From the IMG/VR virus record IMGVR_UViG_3300036770_005084, positions 1 through 64,000 of that record: a stretch of DNA of 64,000 nucleotides; one strand, given 5' to 3'. The notes below the pieces were generated by a model, which searched no databases, was not told where the DNA came from, and saw only the letters and a list, made by a program, of their open reading frames with translations. Source of the DNA: a virus. This document shows positions 47,476 through 57,694 of the stretch, one piece after another. The translations under genes and the position numbers were made by a program. Each line of letters starts with the position of its first letter. The first letter of the stretch is position 1.

Positions 47476-48636
47476 ATGAGTGTCGGTAACGATTTACAAG
47501 AAATGGAAGTATCAACAAAAAAATCAACTTCTGCAGTAAATAAGGGTGCTAAACCAGCAGAGTCCATGCCAAAAGGGACTATTCCTGGTGAAGGACTAAA
47601 TAATTCTGTAGAGGATCTTGGTGGTCCAACACCCCAAAATTCTCGTCCCAGTGATGAATCAAATAAACTAAAGACCCCTGCAAGAACTTTATCTAAAGTT
47701 AGCAATGTTGTAAATAAGGGAGCAAAAGCACCCGACCCAATGCCAGTTGCTAACAAATCTGCAATGAGTTATGAAGAAACTGAATTAGAAGATGAAGTAA
47801 TTGCTGAGGAAGAAGAAGTTGATGAAGATCAAATTGAAACTGAGTATGAAGAAGATGAAGAAGTAGTCGAAGAAGAAAATGAGTTTTCTCTAGACGAAAG
47901 ACTTGAAGAAATTGCAAGAGAAAAAATTGATTGTAGAGAAGATATTAATGCCCTAATGGGTGGTGAAGATCTCAGTGAAGAGTTTATGCAAAAGGCATCA
48001 ACAATTTTTGAGACTGCAGTAAAATCAAAACTACATGCAATTATCGAAGCCTTTGAAGTTGACTACTCAAACAAACTTGTAGAAGAAGTTACCGCAATTA
48101 GAGAAGAATTAACTGAAAGAGTTGATTCTTATCTTGAGTATGTTTCTGAAGAGTGGATGGTAGAAAATGCCCTCCAAATCGAAAGTGGCATTAAAGTTCA
48201 AGTAACAGAATCGTTCCTATCAAATCTGAAGGAACTTTTTGAAGATCATTATGTAGAAATCCCTGAAGATAAATATGATGTATTAGAAGGAATGGTCGAA
48301 AGACTAGATGAGATGGAAGAAAAACTCAACGAACAAATCGAAAGAAATGTTCAACTTAACAATAGATTAAGTGAAGCTGTAAGTGATACAATTTTATCCG
48401 ATGTTTCTGAAGGGTTAGCTTTAACTCAGAAAGAAAAACTTGCTTCTCTTGCCGAAAGTGTTGAGTTTGAAAGTGAAGAAGACTATCGTGAGAAACTGGA
48501 GACACTAAAGGAATCATATTTCTCAAGAACTCCAGATTTTTCAAGAAAAGAGGAAATGCTAATAGAAGAAGCAACTGAGGACTATTCTCCTCAAATGAAT
48601 GCTTATCTAAAAGCAGTATCAAAATACTCTAAGTGA
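47476..48636 (+). CDS. gp22: Prohead scaffold gp22
   Basis: Acidic coiled coil; VDSYLEYVSEEW, KLETLKESYF. Confidence 0.93.
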   Translation: MSVGNDLQEMEVSTKKSTSAVNKGAKPAESMPKGTIPGEGLNNSVEDLGGPTPQNSRPSDESNKLKTPARTLSKVSNVVNKGAKAPDPMPVANKSAMSYEETELEDEVIAEEEEVDEDQIETEYEEDEEVVEEENEFSLDERLEEIAREKIDCREDINALMGGEDLSEEFMQKASTIFETAVKSKLHAIIEAFEVDYSNKLVEEVTAIREELTERVDSYLEYVSEEWMVENALQIESGIKVQVTESFLSNLKELFEDHYVEIPEDKYDVLEGMVERLDEMEEKLNEQIERNVQLNNRLSEAVSDTILSDVSEGLALTQKEKLASLAESVEFESEEDYREKLETLKESYFSRTPDFSRKEEMLIEEATEDYSPQMNAYLKAVSKYSK

Positions 48637-48701
48637 ATTTAATATTATACTAAATATTTGTAGATTAACACTTTAACAAGACAAACCAAGGAGAAAAGCA
48701 A

Positions 48702-50117
48702 ATGTTCCTTTCAGAACAATTGCAGAGAAAGTGGGAACCACTTCTTGAAGCAAATGGTTTAGAAAAAATTTCTGATCCATACAAGAAGGCAGTTACCGCA
48801 GTTCTGCTCGAAAACCAAGAAAGATTTCTAAAAGAAGAGAGAGGTTTCCTTGCGGAAGCAACTCCAAATATCAATACTGATCCAAGTGCAACTGGTGCTG
48901 CTGGTTTCTCTGGGGGTGCATCAACTCCAGTAGCAGGTTTTGACCCAGTTCTAATCTCACTCATCAGACGTTCAATGCCAAATCTTGTGGCATATGATCT
49001 TGCTGGTGTTCAACCAATGAATGGTCCTACAGGACTCATCTTCGCAATGCGTTCTACTTATCAGAACCAGAATGGTGAGGAAGCACTTTACAATGAACCA
49101 GATACTTCATACTCTGGACAAGATGATGGATTCGACCTTGCTCAAGGTGGATATGTTTCAGGTTCAAGTGGTGCATCTGTAGGTTTTGGTACTACCGGAT
49201 TTATTGGTGGTGGTTCTGCTGCTGGTAGCAACCCTGCTAGTCTAAATGGTGGTGCTGGCACTACCTATAGAGTTGGTCAGGGTATGAGCACTCAAGCTGC
49301 TGAGGCACTTGGTGGTGAAGATGGTGATCACTTCAACCAGATGGGATTCAGCATTGAGAAGATTGCTGTTACTGCAAAGTCAAGAGCACTCAAGGCTGAG
49401 TACACCCTAGAACTCGCACAAGACCTCAAGGCAATCCATGGTCTTGATGCTGAAGCAGAACTAGCAAATATCCTCTCAACCGAGATCCTTGCTGAGATCA
49501 ACCGTGAAGTTATCCGCACCATCTATAAGGTTGCAGAACCTGGTGCTCAAACTAACGTAGCAACTCAAGGTGTATTTGACCTAGACGTTGATTCCAACGG
49601 TCGTTGGTCTGTAGAGAAGTTCAAAGGTCTTCTTTTCCAACTTGAGAGAGATGCTAACGCAATTGCTCAAAGAACTCGTAGAGGAAAGGGCAACACAATT
49701 CTGTGTTCTGCTGACGTTGCATCTGCTCTTACCATGGCAGGTCTTCTAGACTATACCCCAGCACTCAACACCAACCTAAGTGTTGATGACACTGGCAATA
49801 CCTTTGCTGGAGTACTCAACGGCAAGTTTAAGGTATATATTGATCCTTATTCAGCAAACCTTGCTGCTGAGCAGTATTACGTTGTTGGTTATAAGGGTAG
49901 CAATCCTTATGATGCAGGTCTATTCTACTGCCCATATGTTCCTCTCCAAATGGTTCGTGCCGTTGGTCAGGACACCTTCCAACCAAAGATTGGATTCAAG
50001 ACTCGTTACGGAATGGTTGCAAACCCATTCGCAGAGGGAACCAATGCTGGTCTTGGAGCAATCAAAGCAGGTTCAAACCGTTACTACAGAAGAGTAAAGG
50101 TTCTAAACCTAATGTGA
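48702..50117 (+). CDS. gp23: Major capsid protein gp23
   Basis: GVQPMNGPTGLIFAMR, SRALKAEYTLELAQDL, QPKIGFKTRYG. Confidence 0.98.
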   Translation: MFLSEQLQRKWEPLLEANGLEKISDPYKKAVTAVLLENQERFLKEERGFLAEATPNINTDPSATGAAGFSGGASTPVAGFDPVLISLIRRSMPNLVAYDLAGVQPMNGPTGLIFAMRSTYQNQNGEEALYNEPDTSYSGQDDGFDLAQGGYVSGSSGASVGFGTTGFIGGGSAAGSNPASLNGGAGTTYRVGQGMSTQAAEALGGEDGDHFNQMGFSIEKIAVTAKSRALKAEYTLELAQDLKAIHGLDAEAELANILSTEILAEINREVIRTIYKVAEPGAQTNVATQGVFDLDVDSNGRWSVEKFKGLLFQLERDANAIAQRTRRGKGNTILCSADVASALTMAGLLDYTPALNTNLSVDDTGNTFAGVLNGKFKVYIDPYSANLAAEQYYVVGYKGSNPYDAGLFYCPYVPLQMVRAVGQDTFQPKIGFKTRYGMVANPFAEGTNAGLGAIKAGSNRYYRRVKVLNLM

Positions 50118-50137
50118 TCTCAAATCACAATTTCTCA

Positions 50138-50161
50138 GGGGTCCTTCGGGACCCTTTTTTT
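50138..50161 (+). terminator. Rho-independent terminator with a cUUCGg loop
   Basis: GGGTCC-TTCG-GGACCC followed by a T run. Confidence 0.92.
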
Positions 50162-50191
50162 ATGCGAATAAATAGTTCAAAACTAATAAGG

Positions 50192-50743
50192 ATGGCAAAT
50201 TCAATTTGGTCAAAACAGATAGAAAATAGAAATTTTTTATCTCCAACTGGGTTTAAATTTATTTTAAACAAAGCACCTAAGGTAGATTTCTTTTCCAACA
50301 CCGCAAATATTCCAGCAATATCATTGGGGTCTTCCACAATGACTAGGTATGGAAAAAATATTGATATACCTGGTGATAAGATGGAATTTGGTGATTTTAA
50401 TCTTAGATTCATCGTAGATGAATATTTGGAAAACTATATGGAAATATGGAATTGGATGACCGGACTAGGATTTCCATATAGTATTGAACAATATCACGAT
50501 CTAACAGAAACTGCAGATCCAAACCTAAAAGGAATAAAATCTATATCATCATATGAAAGATCTGATGGAACTTTACAGATTTTAAGTAGTAATTTTAATC
50601 CCACATTATCTGTAATTTTTTATGGTTTATATCCAATATCATTGTCTTCATTGGAGTTTGATGCAACTTCAGAAAATATAAACTACTTCACAGCACAAGT
50701 AAACTTCAAATATACTTACTATAAAATACTTAAAAATATATGA
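50192..50743 (+). CDS. gp3: Tail tube terminator / completion protein gp3
   Basis: NRNFLSPTGFKF, PGDK, FIVDEYLENY; start moved to the ATG at 50192, after the terminator and TAAATA. Confidence 0.88.
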   Translation: MANSIWSKQIENRNFLSPTGFKFILNKAPKVDFFSNTANIPAISLGSSTMTRYGKNIDIPGDKMEFGDFNLRFIVDEYLENYMEIWNWMTGLGFPYSIEQYHDLTETADPNLKGIKSISSYERSDGTLQILSSNFNPTLSVIFYGLYPISLSSLEFDATSENINYFTAQVNFKYTYYKILKNI

Positions 50744-51171
50744 TTGATCTTGAAAAATTGCAAGAATTATGGAAAGAGGATTCGACAATCGACATTGATA
50801 ATTTACATAATGAATCTTTAAGAGTTCCAACACTACATTCAAAATACTATGAGATATACAATAATATATCATTACTAAGAAAAAGAGCAGAACTACAATA
50901 TAAGCAAAAAAAATTAGAACGATATAATTATTACAGTGGAAAAGCAGATCCTCAAGCATATGTAGAAGAACCTTTTCCATATAAAGTGAGAGATAAAGAA
51001 GGTATGCAAAGGTATCTGGATGCAGATAATAAACTATCAGATATTTTTATGAAAATTGAATATTATGATACAATGTTAAAATATTTGGAAGAAATTATTA
51101 AAATGATTTCAAATAGATCATTTCAAATTAAAAACTCAATTGATTTTCTAAGATTTCAGTCCGGTATGTAA
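50740..51171 (+). CDS. uvsY: Recombination mediator UvsY
   Basis: WKEDSTID, LHSKY, YYSGKA, RSFQIKNSID. Confidence 0.92.
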   Translation: MIDLEKLQELWKEDSTIDIDNLHNESLRVPTLHSKYYEIYNNISLLRKRAELQYKQKKLERYNYYSGKADPQAYVEEPFPYKVRDKEGMQRYLDADNKLSDIFMKIEYYDTMLKYLEEIIKMISNRSFQIKNSIDFLRFQSGM

Positions 51172-51173
51172 AT

Positions 51174-52634
51174 ATGACAAATTTAGTAATTAGTAAAAAG
51201 AACGAAATATATTTAAAGATAGATTGCGAACCACATATTAAATATGAACTTTCTGATCAATTTACCTTTGATGTTCCTGGAGCAAAGTTTATGCCCCAGT
51301 ATAGAAGTAAGCATTGGGATGGAAAAATTAGATTATTTAATCTAACAACTGGAGAAATTTATGCCGGTCTTTTGGATAAAGTTATAGAGTTTTGTGAGAA
51401 TCACAATTATAAATTTTCATTAGAAGAAAATAAATTTTATGGAATCCCAGGAGAAATAGTTGAATCAATTTCTTTAGAGGGAGTTAAAGATTATATGAAG
51501 AGTATTTGTTCTCATGAACCTAGGGATTATCAAATCCAAGGGGTTTATGAGGCACTTAGATACAAAAGAAAACTAGTTCTATCTCCAACTGCTTCTGGGA
51601 AATCCTTAATGATATATTCCGTAGTTAGGTATCTAGTTGAAAGGGGGAAAAATATTCTACTGATAGTTCCAACTACTTCATTAGTAGAACAAATGTATAA
51701 AGACTTTGAAGATTATGGATGGGATTCTGAAAAATATTGTCATAAAATTTATGGTGGTATGGATAGAAGCAGTGATAAACAAGTAACAATATCAACTTGG
51801 CAATCAATTTATAAGTTAGATAAAAGTTATTTTACTTCATACGATGCTGTTATAGGTGATGAAGCACATCTATTCAAATCAAAATCCCTTGTAAGCATCA
51901 TGTCGAAGTTATTTGATGCCGATTATAGATTTGGGTTTACAGGCACTCTAGACGGTTCTCAGACGCATAAACTGGTATTAGAAGGTCTATTTGGACCAAC
52001 ATATAAATTAATTAAAACTGATGAGTTAATTAAAAAAGGATATCTTTCAAAATTAGATATTAAAGTTCTTCTTTTATCTCATAATGATACAAAGATAGAC
52101 AACTATGAGGATGAAGTTCAGTATTTAATAACCCACGAAAGAAGAAACAAGTTCATCAAAAATCTAGCATTAGACTTAAAAGGAAATACTTTAGTTCTGT
52201 TTAATCGAGTAGAATCTCATGGTAAACCACTATTTGATTTAATAAATAGTGGTGCTAAGAATAGAAAGGTGTTTTTTATTCATGGTAAAGTAGATACTGA
52301 AGAAAGAGAATTTGTAAGACAAATTGCAGAAACAGAAACCAATGCAATCATTGTTGCATCATATGGAACATTCAGTACAGGTATCAACATTAAAAATTTA
52401 CACAATATTATCTTTGCATCACCTAGTAAATCTAGGATAAGAAATCTTCAAAGTATTGGAAGAGTCCTAAGAAAAGGGAAAGAAAAGGTTTCTGCTACTT
52501 TATATGATATTGCAGATGAAATTAAATATCAATCAAAAAAGAATTATACTTTAAATCATTTGATAGAAAGAATTAAAATCTACAATGAAGAGAATTTTAA
52601 CTACGAAATTTTAACTATAAATTTTAAAAAATAA
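51174..52634 (+). CDS. uvsW: DNA helicase UvsW
   Basis: WDGKIRLF, SPTASGKS, DEAH, LQSIGRVLR. Confidence 0.96.
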   Translation: MTNLVISKKNEIYLKIDCEPHIKYELSDQFTFDVPGAKFMPQYRSKHWDGKIRLFNLTTGEIYAGLLDKVIEFCENHNYKFSLEENKFYGIPGEIVESISLEGVKDYMKSICSHEPRDYQIQGVYEALRYKRKLVLSPTASGKSLMIYSVVRYLVERGKNILLIVPTTSLVEQMYKDFEDYGWDSEKYCHKIYGGMDRSSDKQVTISTWQSIYKLDKSYFTSYDAVIGDEAHLFKSKSLVSIMSKLFDADYRFGFTGTLDGSQTHKLVLEGLFGPTYKLIKTDELIKKGYLSKLDIKVLLLSHNDTKIDNYEDEVQYLITHERRNKFIKNLALDLKGNTLVLFNRVESHGKPLFDLINSGAKNRKVFFIHGKVDTEEREFVRQIAETETNAIIVASYGTFSTGINIKNLHNIIFASPSKSRIRNLQSIGRVLRKGKEKVSATLYDIADEIKYQSKKNYTLNHLIERIKIYNEENFNYEILTINFKK

Positions 52635-53008
52635 TGGAAGACGATTTTTATGCTACTATTAAATTAGTATCTGGAGAAGAGATATTCTGCTCTGTTTGTC
52701 CCTTCTTTGAAGAAGAAAAAACATTTTTACTATTAGATAATCCAGTAATAATAATTCCTATACAAAGTAAATCTTCTAAAATAGTAGGATATAAAGTATC
52801 ACCTTGGATAAACATTTCAGATGATGAAATGCATATTATAGAAATGAAAAATGTGATTACTATAACCGAAGTAAATAAACCAGAAATAATTTCAATATAT
52901 CAAAAATTCACTAAAAATACTTCTAAGGTAGAAGTTACTAAAGAAATGGGATTATTATCTAAGGTAGATGAAGCAAGAAGTCTTCTAGAAAAGATCTATA
53001 ATACTTAG
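52634..53008 (+). CDS. Conserved hypothetical protein (Sm-like IKLVSGEEI motif)
   Basis: Motif and position between uvsW and gp55. Confidence 0.8.
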   Translation: MEDDFYATIKLVSGEEIFCSVCPFFEEEKTFLLLDNPVIIIPIQSKSSKIVGYKVSPWINISDDEMHIIEMKNVITITEVNKPEIISIYQKFTKNTSKVEVTKEMGLLSKVDEARSLLEKIYNT

Positions 53009-53038
53009 ATATTAATTATCTTCAAACCTAACAGAGTG

Positions 53039-53068
53039 ATTATAGTCATATTATAGGTTGCATGTCAA
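53039..53068 (-). promoter_or_regulatory. Antisense sigma70 promoter
   Basis: Minus strand TTGACA-18 bp-TATAAT. Confidence 0.55.
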
Positions 53069-53069
53069 G

Positions 53070-53098
53070 TTGTGGAATATTCTTTATGGTGCTATAGT
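53070..53098 (+). promoter_or_regulatory. Sigma70 promoter for gp55
   Basis: TTGTGG-17 bp-TATAGT with extended TG. Confidence 0.6.
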
Positions 53099-53122
53099 TA
53101 ACTTACATATATAAGAGAAAAA

Positions 53123-53614
53123 ATGAGTGTTATACACATGTCAAGGGAAAGAAAAAGATCTGAACACTATGTAAGCAATAAAGACTTTCATACAGCATTG
53201 ATTGAATATAAAAAAATGGTAGATAATGCTAAAGAAAATAATCTACCAAAACCAAAAATTCCTAATTATATTGGTGAATGTTTTTTAAAGATTGCAACTC
53301 ACTTGTCATACAAACCAAATTTTGTCAACTATATGTTCAAAGATGACATGATTTGTGATGGCATAGAAAATTGTGTGCAATATATTCATAACTTTGATGT
53401 GACCAAAAAAAATCCTTTTGCTTATTTTACTCAAGTCATATATTATGCATTTTTACGGAGAATTGCTAAAGAGAAAAAACAACTTGAAATCAAAACCAAA
53501 ATAATTGAAAGATCTGGATTTGATGAAGTATTTACAGCAGATAGTTCTGATGTTGGATATGAATACGGGGAAATGAATAGTATTAAGGATGGTATTAATT
53601 ATAGATTCAATTAA
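53123..53614 (+). CDS. gp55: Late-transcription sigma factor gp55
   Basis: HYVSNKDF, YIGECFLKIA, NPFAYFTQ, AFLRRIAKEK. Confidence 0.96.
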   Translation: MSVIHMSRERKRSEHYVSNKDFHTALIEYKKMVDNAKENNLPKPKIPNYIGECFLKIATHLSYKPNFVNYMFKDDMICDGIENCVQYIHNFDVTKKNPFAYFTQVIYYAFLRRIAKEKKQLEIKTKIIERSGFDEVFTADSSDVGYEYGEMNSIKDGINYRFN

Positions 53615-53617
53615 ACT

Positions 53618-54655
53618 ATGAAAATAGCTATAATTACTGATACACATTATGGATTTAAAAAAGGAAATAAGATTTTCCACGATTATTTTGAGAAGTTTTA
53701 TTCTAATATATTTTTTCCATATTTAAAGAAAAATAAAATAAAAACAGTAATACATCTTGGAGATTCTTTTGATAGTCGAAAAGGAATTGATTATTGGTCT
53801 TTAAGGTGGGCAAAGGAAAATGTATATGACAAATACTTAAATCTTGGTATATCTTTATATAAAATAATTGGAAATCATGACATCTATTATAAAAATACAA
53901 ACATTTTAAATTCCCCAGATTACCTATTATCGAATTATTCAAATATAACTACTATCTCAAATCCACAGGAAATAAAAATTGATAATTTATCAATATTAAT
54001 GGTTCCTTGGATAACTAGTGAAAATCAAGATGAAGTTAATGAACTAATTTCAAAAAGTTCATCATCTGTCGTTATGGGTCATTTAGAATTAAATGGATTT
54101 AAAGTTAATTCTAAAATGGTAAGTGATCATGGATATAATCCAGATATTTTTAATAAATTTAATAAGGTATTTTCTGGACATTATCATACTCGATCTAATA
54201 ATGGAAAAGTATATTATCTTGGAAATCCATATGAAATGTTTTGGACCGATCATAATGACCTAAGAGGATTTACTATTTTTGATACTGAAACTTTAAGTCA
54301 TACTCATATCAATAATCCTTATAGATTATTTGAAATTGTTGAGTATGATGAAGATAATGAAGACTATAATTTTTCTGAATATACTGATAAGATTCTAAAG
54401 GTTATTATTAAGAATAAAGTAGACATTAAAAAGTATGAAAATTTCTTTGATAAATTAGTTAGTTTTTCTCCACATGATATAAAAGTGGTAGAAACCGTAC
54501 AAACATTACTTACAGATGTTAATGTTGAGTGTGATAGTAGTGAAAATACACTAACTCTACTTGAAAAGTATGTTGATGAATCTGAAACTAGCTTAAATAG
54601 AGATAAGATTAAAAGATTGATAACTCAGATCTATCAAAATTCATACCAAGTGTAA
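53618..54655 (+). CDS. gp47: Recombination endonuclease subunit gp47 (Mre11/SbcD-like)
   Basis: DTHYG, GDSFD, GNHD, GHYH. Confidence 0.93.
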   Translation: MKIAIITDTHYGFKKGNKIFHDYFEKFYSNIFFPYLKKNKIKTVIHLGDSFDSRKGIDYWSLRWAKENVYDKYLNLGISLYKIIGNHDIYYKNTNILNSPDYLLSNYSNITTISNPQEIKIDNLSILMVPWITSENQDEVNELISKSSSSVVMGHLELNGFKVNSKMVSDHGYNPDIFNKFNKVFSGHYHTRSNNGKVYYLGNPYEMFWTDHNDLRGFTIFDTETLSHTHINNPYRLFEIVEYDEDNEDYNFSEYTDKILKVIIKNKVDIKKYENFFDKLVSFSPHDIKVVETVQTLLTDVNVECDSSENTLTLLEKYVDESETSLNRDKIKRLITQIYQNSYQV

Positions 54656-54658
54656 TAG

Positions 54659-54940
54659 ATGTATATACTCACATTGCAAAATAATCCAGACGAAGGTGCA
54701 TTTTCAATACAAACTGAAACTGGAAATAATTCTATTCTTATTTTTGAAGAGCATGACGATGCAGAAAGATATATCTTAATGCTTGATGAATTGGAATATC
54801 CATCAATGGTAGTTACAGAGGTTGATGATGACCTAATGTTGGCAGCATGTGAGCAATATAATTACGAATATGTTATAATTACTCCAAATGAATTAATAAT
54901 ACCTCAAGAATATGATAAAGTTTACCAAAATAAAATATAA
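54659..54940 (+). CDS. Conserved cyanophage hypothetical protein
   Basis: FEEHDDAERY motif; located between gp47 and gp46. Confidence 0.8.
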   Translation: MYILTLQNNPDEGAFSIQTETGNNSILIFEEHDDAERYILMLDELEYPSMVVTEVDDDLMLAACEQYNYEYVIITPNELIIPQEYDKVYQNKI

Positions 54941-56630
54941 AAATTTTCTTTCTTCTGGTAATTATTGGACAGAGATAAACTTCTTAGAGTGCAATTCGAC
55001 ACTGATTGTTGGGCAAAATGGAGCAGGAAAAAGCACACTATTGGATGCACTTACCTTTGTTTTGTTTAACAAACCATTTAGAAAAATTAACAAAAATCAA
55101 TTAGTAAACACAATAAATGAAAAGGAGTGTTTGGTTGAGATTGATTTTTTTGTTCTCAATGACTCTTATAAAATTATAAGAGGAATAAAACCGTCTAGAT
55201 TTGAAATTATAAAAAATGGAAAAGTATTAGATCAACTATCATCTATAAATGATCAGCAAAAATATCTAGAGCAAAATATATTAAAGTTAAATTATAAATC
55301 ATTCACTCAAATAGTAATTTTAGGATCTACTAATTTTATTCCTTTTATGCAATTGGCATCTTCAAATCGAAGAGAAGTTGTTGAAGATATATTAGATATT
55401 AAAATATTCTCATCAATGAATGATATTACAAAAGTAAATATAAAAACATTAAGGGAAGAAATAAGAGAATATGAATATAAAAAGCAAAATATAAAGGATA
55501 AAATTGAATCTCAAAACACTTTAATTAGTGAACTTAAGAAGAGAAATTCTATAGATATAGATGAAAAAACTAAAAGTAATTTAATTCTTGAAAATCAAAT
55601 CAAAGAATTATTAATTGATACTGAAAACATATCAAAAGATATTGATAAGTTAACTCCAAAAGTAAAGGATGGTTCGGGAATTTCTGAGAAAATTAAAAAA
55701 GCAGAGATATTAATGGTTAAACTAAATCAAAAAATATCTCAGGTAATTGAAGATAAAAGTTTCTTTTTGGAAAACGATGTTTGCCCAACCTGTACTCAAA
55801 AGTTAGATGAACCCTTTAGGGATTCTAAAGTAAGAACACTTACAACTAAAATTGAAGAACTACAAAGTGGAACTAAAGAGTTGGAAAAAACTTTATTAGT
55901 TGAAAAAGATAGGGAAAAGTATTTTTCAGATATACTAGATTCTATCTCAAAATTAAATCAAAAAATCTCCGAAAATAATTTTAAGTTATCTCAATTAGAA
56001 TCACAAAGAACTCAAATCCAAAAAGAAATTCAAAAACTTAATGATAGAAGTGTAGATTTAAATATTGAATATGAAAATTTAGATAAACTAAAAGAACAAT
56101 TAGAAGTAGTATTTGAGGATATTACTAAAAAAACTGAAGATTTAATGAACTATGAATTCATTCATACGTTACTTAAGGATAATGGAGCAAAGACATCAAT
56201 AATCAAGAAATATTTACCAATTATAAACAAGAGTCTAAACAACTACTTAAGTATTATGGAGTTTCCAATTAACTTCAACCTTGATGATGAATTTAATGCA
56301 ACTGCTCTAAATCCAATTTATGAAGATTTTTCATATGATTCTTTTAGTGAAGGTGAAAAAATGAGGATTGATCTATCTTTGTTATTCACTTGGAGAGAGG
56401 TTGCAAAATTGAAAAACTCTATTAATACTAATCTTTTGATCTTGGATGAAGTATTTGATAGTTCTTTAGATGAATTTGGCACAGATAGTTTTACAAAAAT
56501 AATTAAATATATAATTTCAAATTCAAATATATTTGTAATATCACATAAGGTAGATGAATTGGAAGATAAATTTGATCGAGTTTTAAAATTTAAAAAAGAT
56601 AAGGGATTTGGAATTTTGGTTGACGACTGA
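54912..56630 (+). CDS. gp46: Recombination ATPase gp46 (Rad50/SbcC-like)
   Basis: GQNGAGKST, CPTC zinc hook, FSEGEKMRIDL, LDEVFD. Confidence 0.96.
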   Translation: MIKFTKIKYKNFLSSGNYWTEINFLECNSTLIVGQNGAGKSTLLDALTFVLFNKPFRKINKNQLVNTINEKECLVEIDFFVLNDSYKIIRGIKPSRFEIIKNGKVLDQLSSINDQQKYLEQNILKLNYKSFTQIVILGSTNFIPFMQLASSNRREVVEDILDIKIFSSMNDITKVNIKTLREEIREYEYKKQNIKDKIESQNTLISELKKRNSIDIDEKTKSNLILENQIKELLIDTENISKDIDKLTPKVKDGSGISEKIKKAEILMVKLNQKISQVIEDKSFFLENDVCPTCTQKLDEPFRDSKVRTLTTKIEELQSGTKELEKTLLVEKDREKYFSDILDSISKLNQKISENNFKLSQLESQRTQIQKEIQKLNDRSVDLNIEYENLDKLKEQLEVVFEDITKKTEDLMNYEFIHTLLKDNGAKTSIIKKYLPIINKSLNNYLSIMEFPINFNLDDEFNATALNPIYEDFSYDSFSEGEKMRIDLSLLFTWREVAKLKNSINTNLLILDEVFDSSLDEFGTDSFTKIIKYIISNSNIFVISHKVDELEDKFDRVLKFKKDKGFGILVDD

Positions 56631-56648
56631 ACCTGATAATGCTATACT
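56620..56648 (+). promoter_or_regulatory. Sigma70 promoter
   Basis: TTGACG-17 bp-TATACT with extended TG. Confidence 0.75.
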
Positions 56649-56677
56649 ACTTTAGGTGAATAGATTAAAATCTTTAA

Positions 56678-57022
56678 ATGCAAGACGACATTATTAATTT
56701 TACAGGAACTAGTGAAAATTCCCATCCATTTTGGAAATATGGAGAAGATAAAACACTTAAAGCAGTGGAAGAATATCTAAAAGGAACCTATCATTCTCAT
56801 TACGCATCTGATAATTCTAAAGTACAAGTTCTTGACATTATTGATGCCATTGGAGATGGAATTCCATTCTGTAGAGATAATCTAATTAAATATTCTTCTC
56901 GATTTGGTAAAAAAGATGGACTGTCAAAACTTGACTGTCTAAAGATCATCCATTATGGTATTCTTATGTATCACTTTGCTGGATTCAATTCCAGTAACTC
57001 CAATCAATATAGCACTTTTTGA
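56678..57022 (+). CDS. DUF3310-like protein (related to T7 gp1.7-type nucleotide kinases)
   Basis: HY...DII...FCRDNLIKYSSRFGKK...DCLKIIHY. Confidence 0.6.
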   Translation: MQDDIINFTGTSENSHPFWKYGEDKTLKAVEEYLKGTYHSHYASDNSKVQVLDIIDAIGDGIPFCRDNLIKYSSRFGKKDGLSKLDCLKIIHYGILMYHFAGFNSSNSNQYSTF

Positions 57023-57028
57023 TATATT

Positions 57029-57694
57029 ATGAAACTTTCTGATAATACCCTGACAATTCTAAAAAACTTTTCTTCTATTAATCAATCAATCCTAGTTAAG
57101 TCTGGATCTAAACTAAGGACTATTTCTATTCTAAAAAATATTTTTGCAGAAGCAGAAGTAGCAGAAACATTCCCTAGAGATTTTGCTATCTATGACCTAT
57201 CAGAATTTCTAAGTGGTCTTAGTTTGCACCAAGATCCAGATCTTGACTTTTCACAAGACTCTCATGTAATTATTAGAGAGGGAAAACGAAAAGTAAAATA
57301 CTTTTATGCCGATCCTGAAGTTATCGTTTCTCCACCAGAAAAAGAAATTACACTACCATCCCAAGATGTATGTTTTCAACTTGAGCATTCTCAATTAGAC
57401 AAACTTAAGAAAGCATCTTCAGTTTACAAACTTCCAGACGTTTCTGCTATTGGTGAATCCGGTGTAATTCGTTTGGTTGTTCGTGATAAAAATAATGACA
57501 CATCAACTGAATATTCTATTGTTGTTGGTGAAACAGATGAAAATTTTGTTTTTAACTTTAAAGATGAAAACATTAAAATTATCCCAGGAAGTTATGATGT
57601 AATAATTTCGCAGAAACTATCTGCTAAGTTTGTAAATTCAAAATATAATATTACTTACTATATTGCATTGGAACCTGATTCTACTTTTGGTTAA
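57029..57694 (+). CDS. gp45: Sliding clamp gp45
   Basis: LKNFSSINQSI, FAIYDLSEFL, YYIALE. Confidence 0.95.
   Translation: MKLSDNTLTILKNFSSINQSILVKSGSKLRTISILKNIFAEAEVAETFPRDFAIYDLSEFLSGLSLHQDPDLDFSQDSHVIIREGKRKVKYFYADPEVIVSPPEKEITLPSQDVCFQLEHSQLDKLKKASSVYKLPDVSAIGESGVIRLVVRDKNNDTSTEYSIVVGETDENFVFNFKDENIKIIPGSYDVIISQKLSAKFVNSKYNITYYIALEPDSTFG

Noticed and set aside
49780-50097. 105-aa +1-frame ORF inside gp23
   Set aside because: TTG start without an SD; the strong codon bias of the capsid gene depletes off-frame stops throughout, with no boundary-matched shift
50114-50191. N-terminal extension of gp3 in the ORF track (likewise those at 60188, 11066, 8477, 7086 and 1924)
   Set aside because: The extensions run through terminators, promoters or upstream genes; the downstream ATGs fit better
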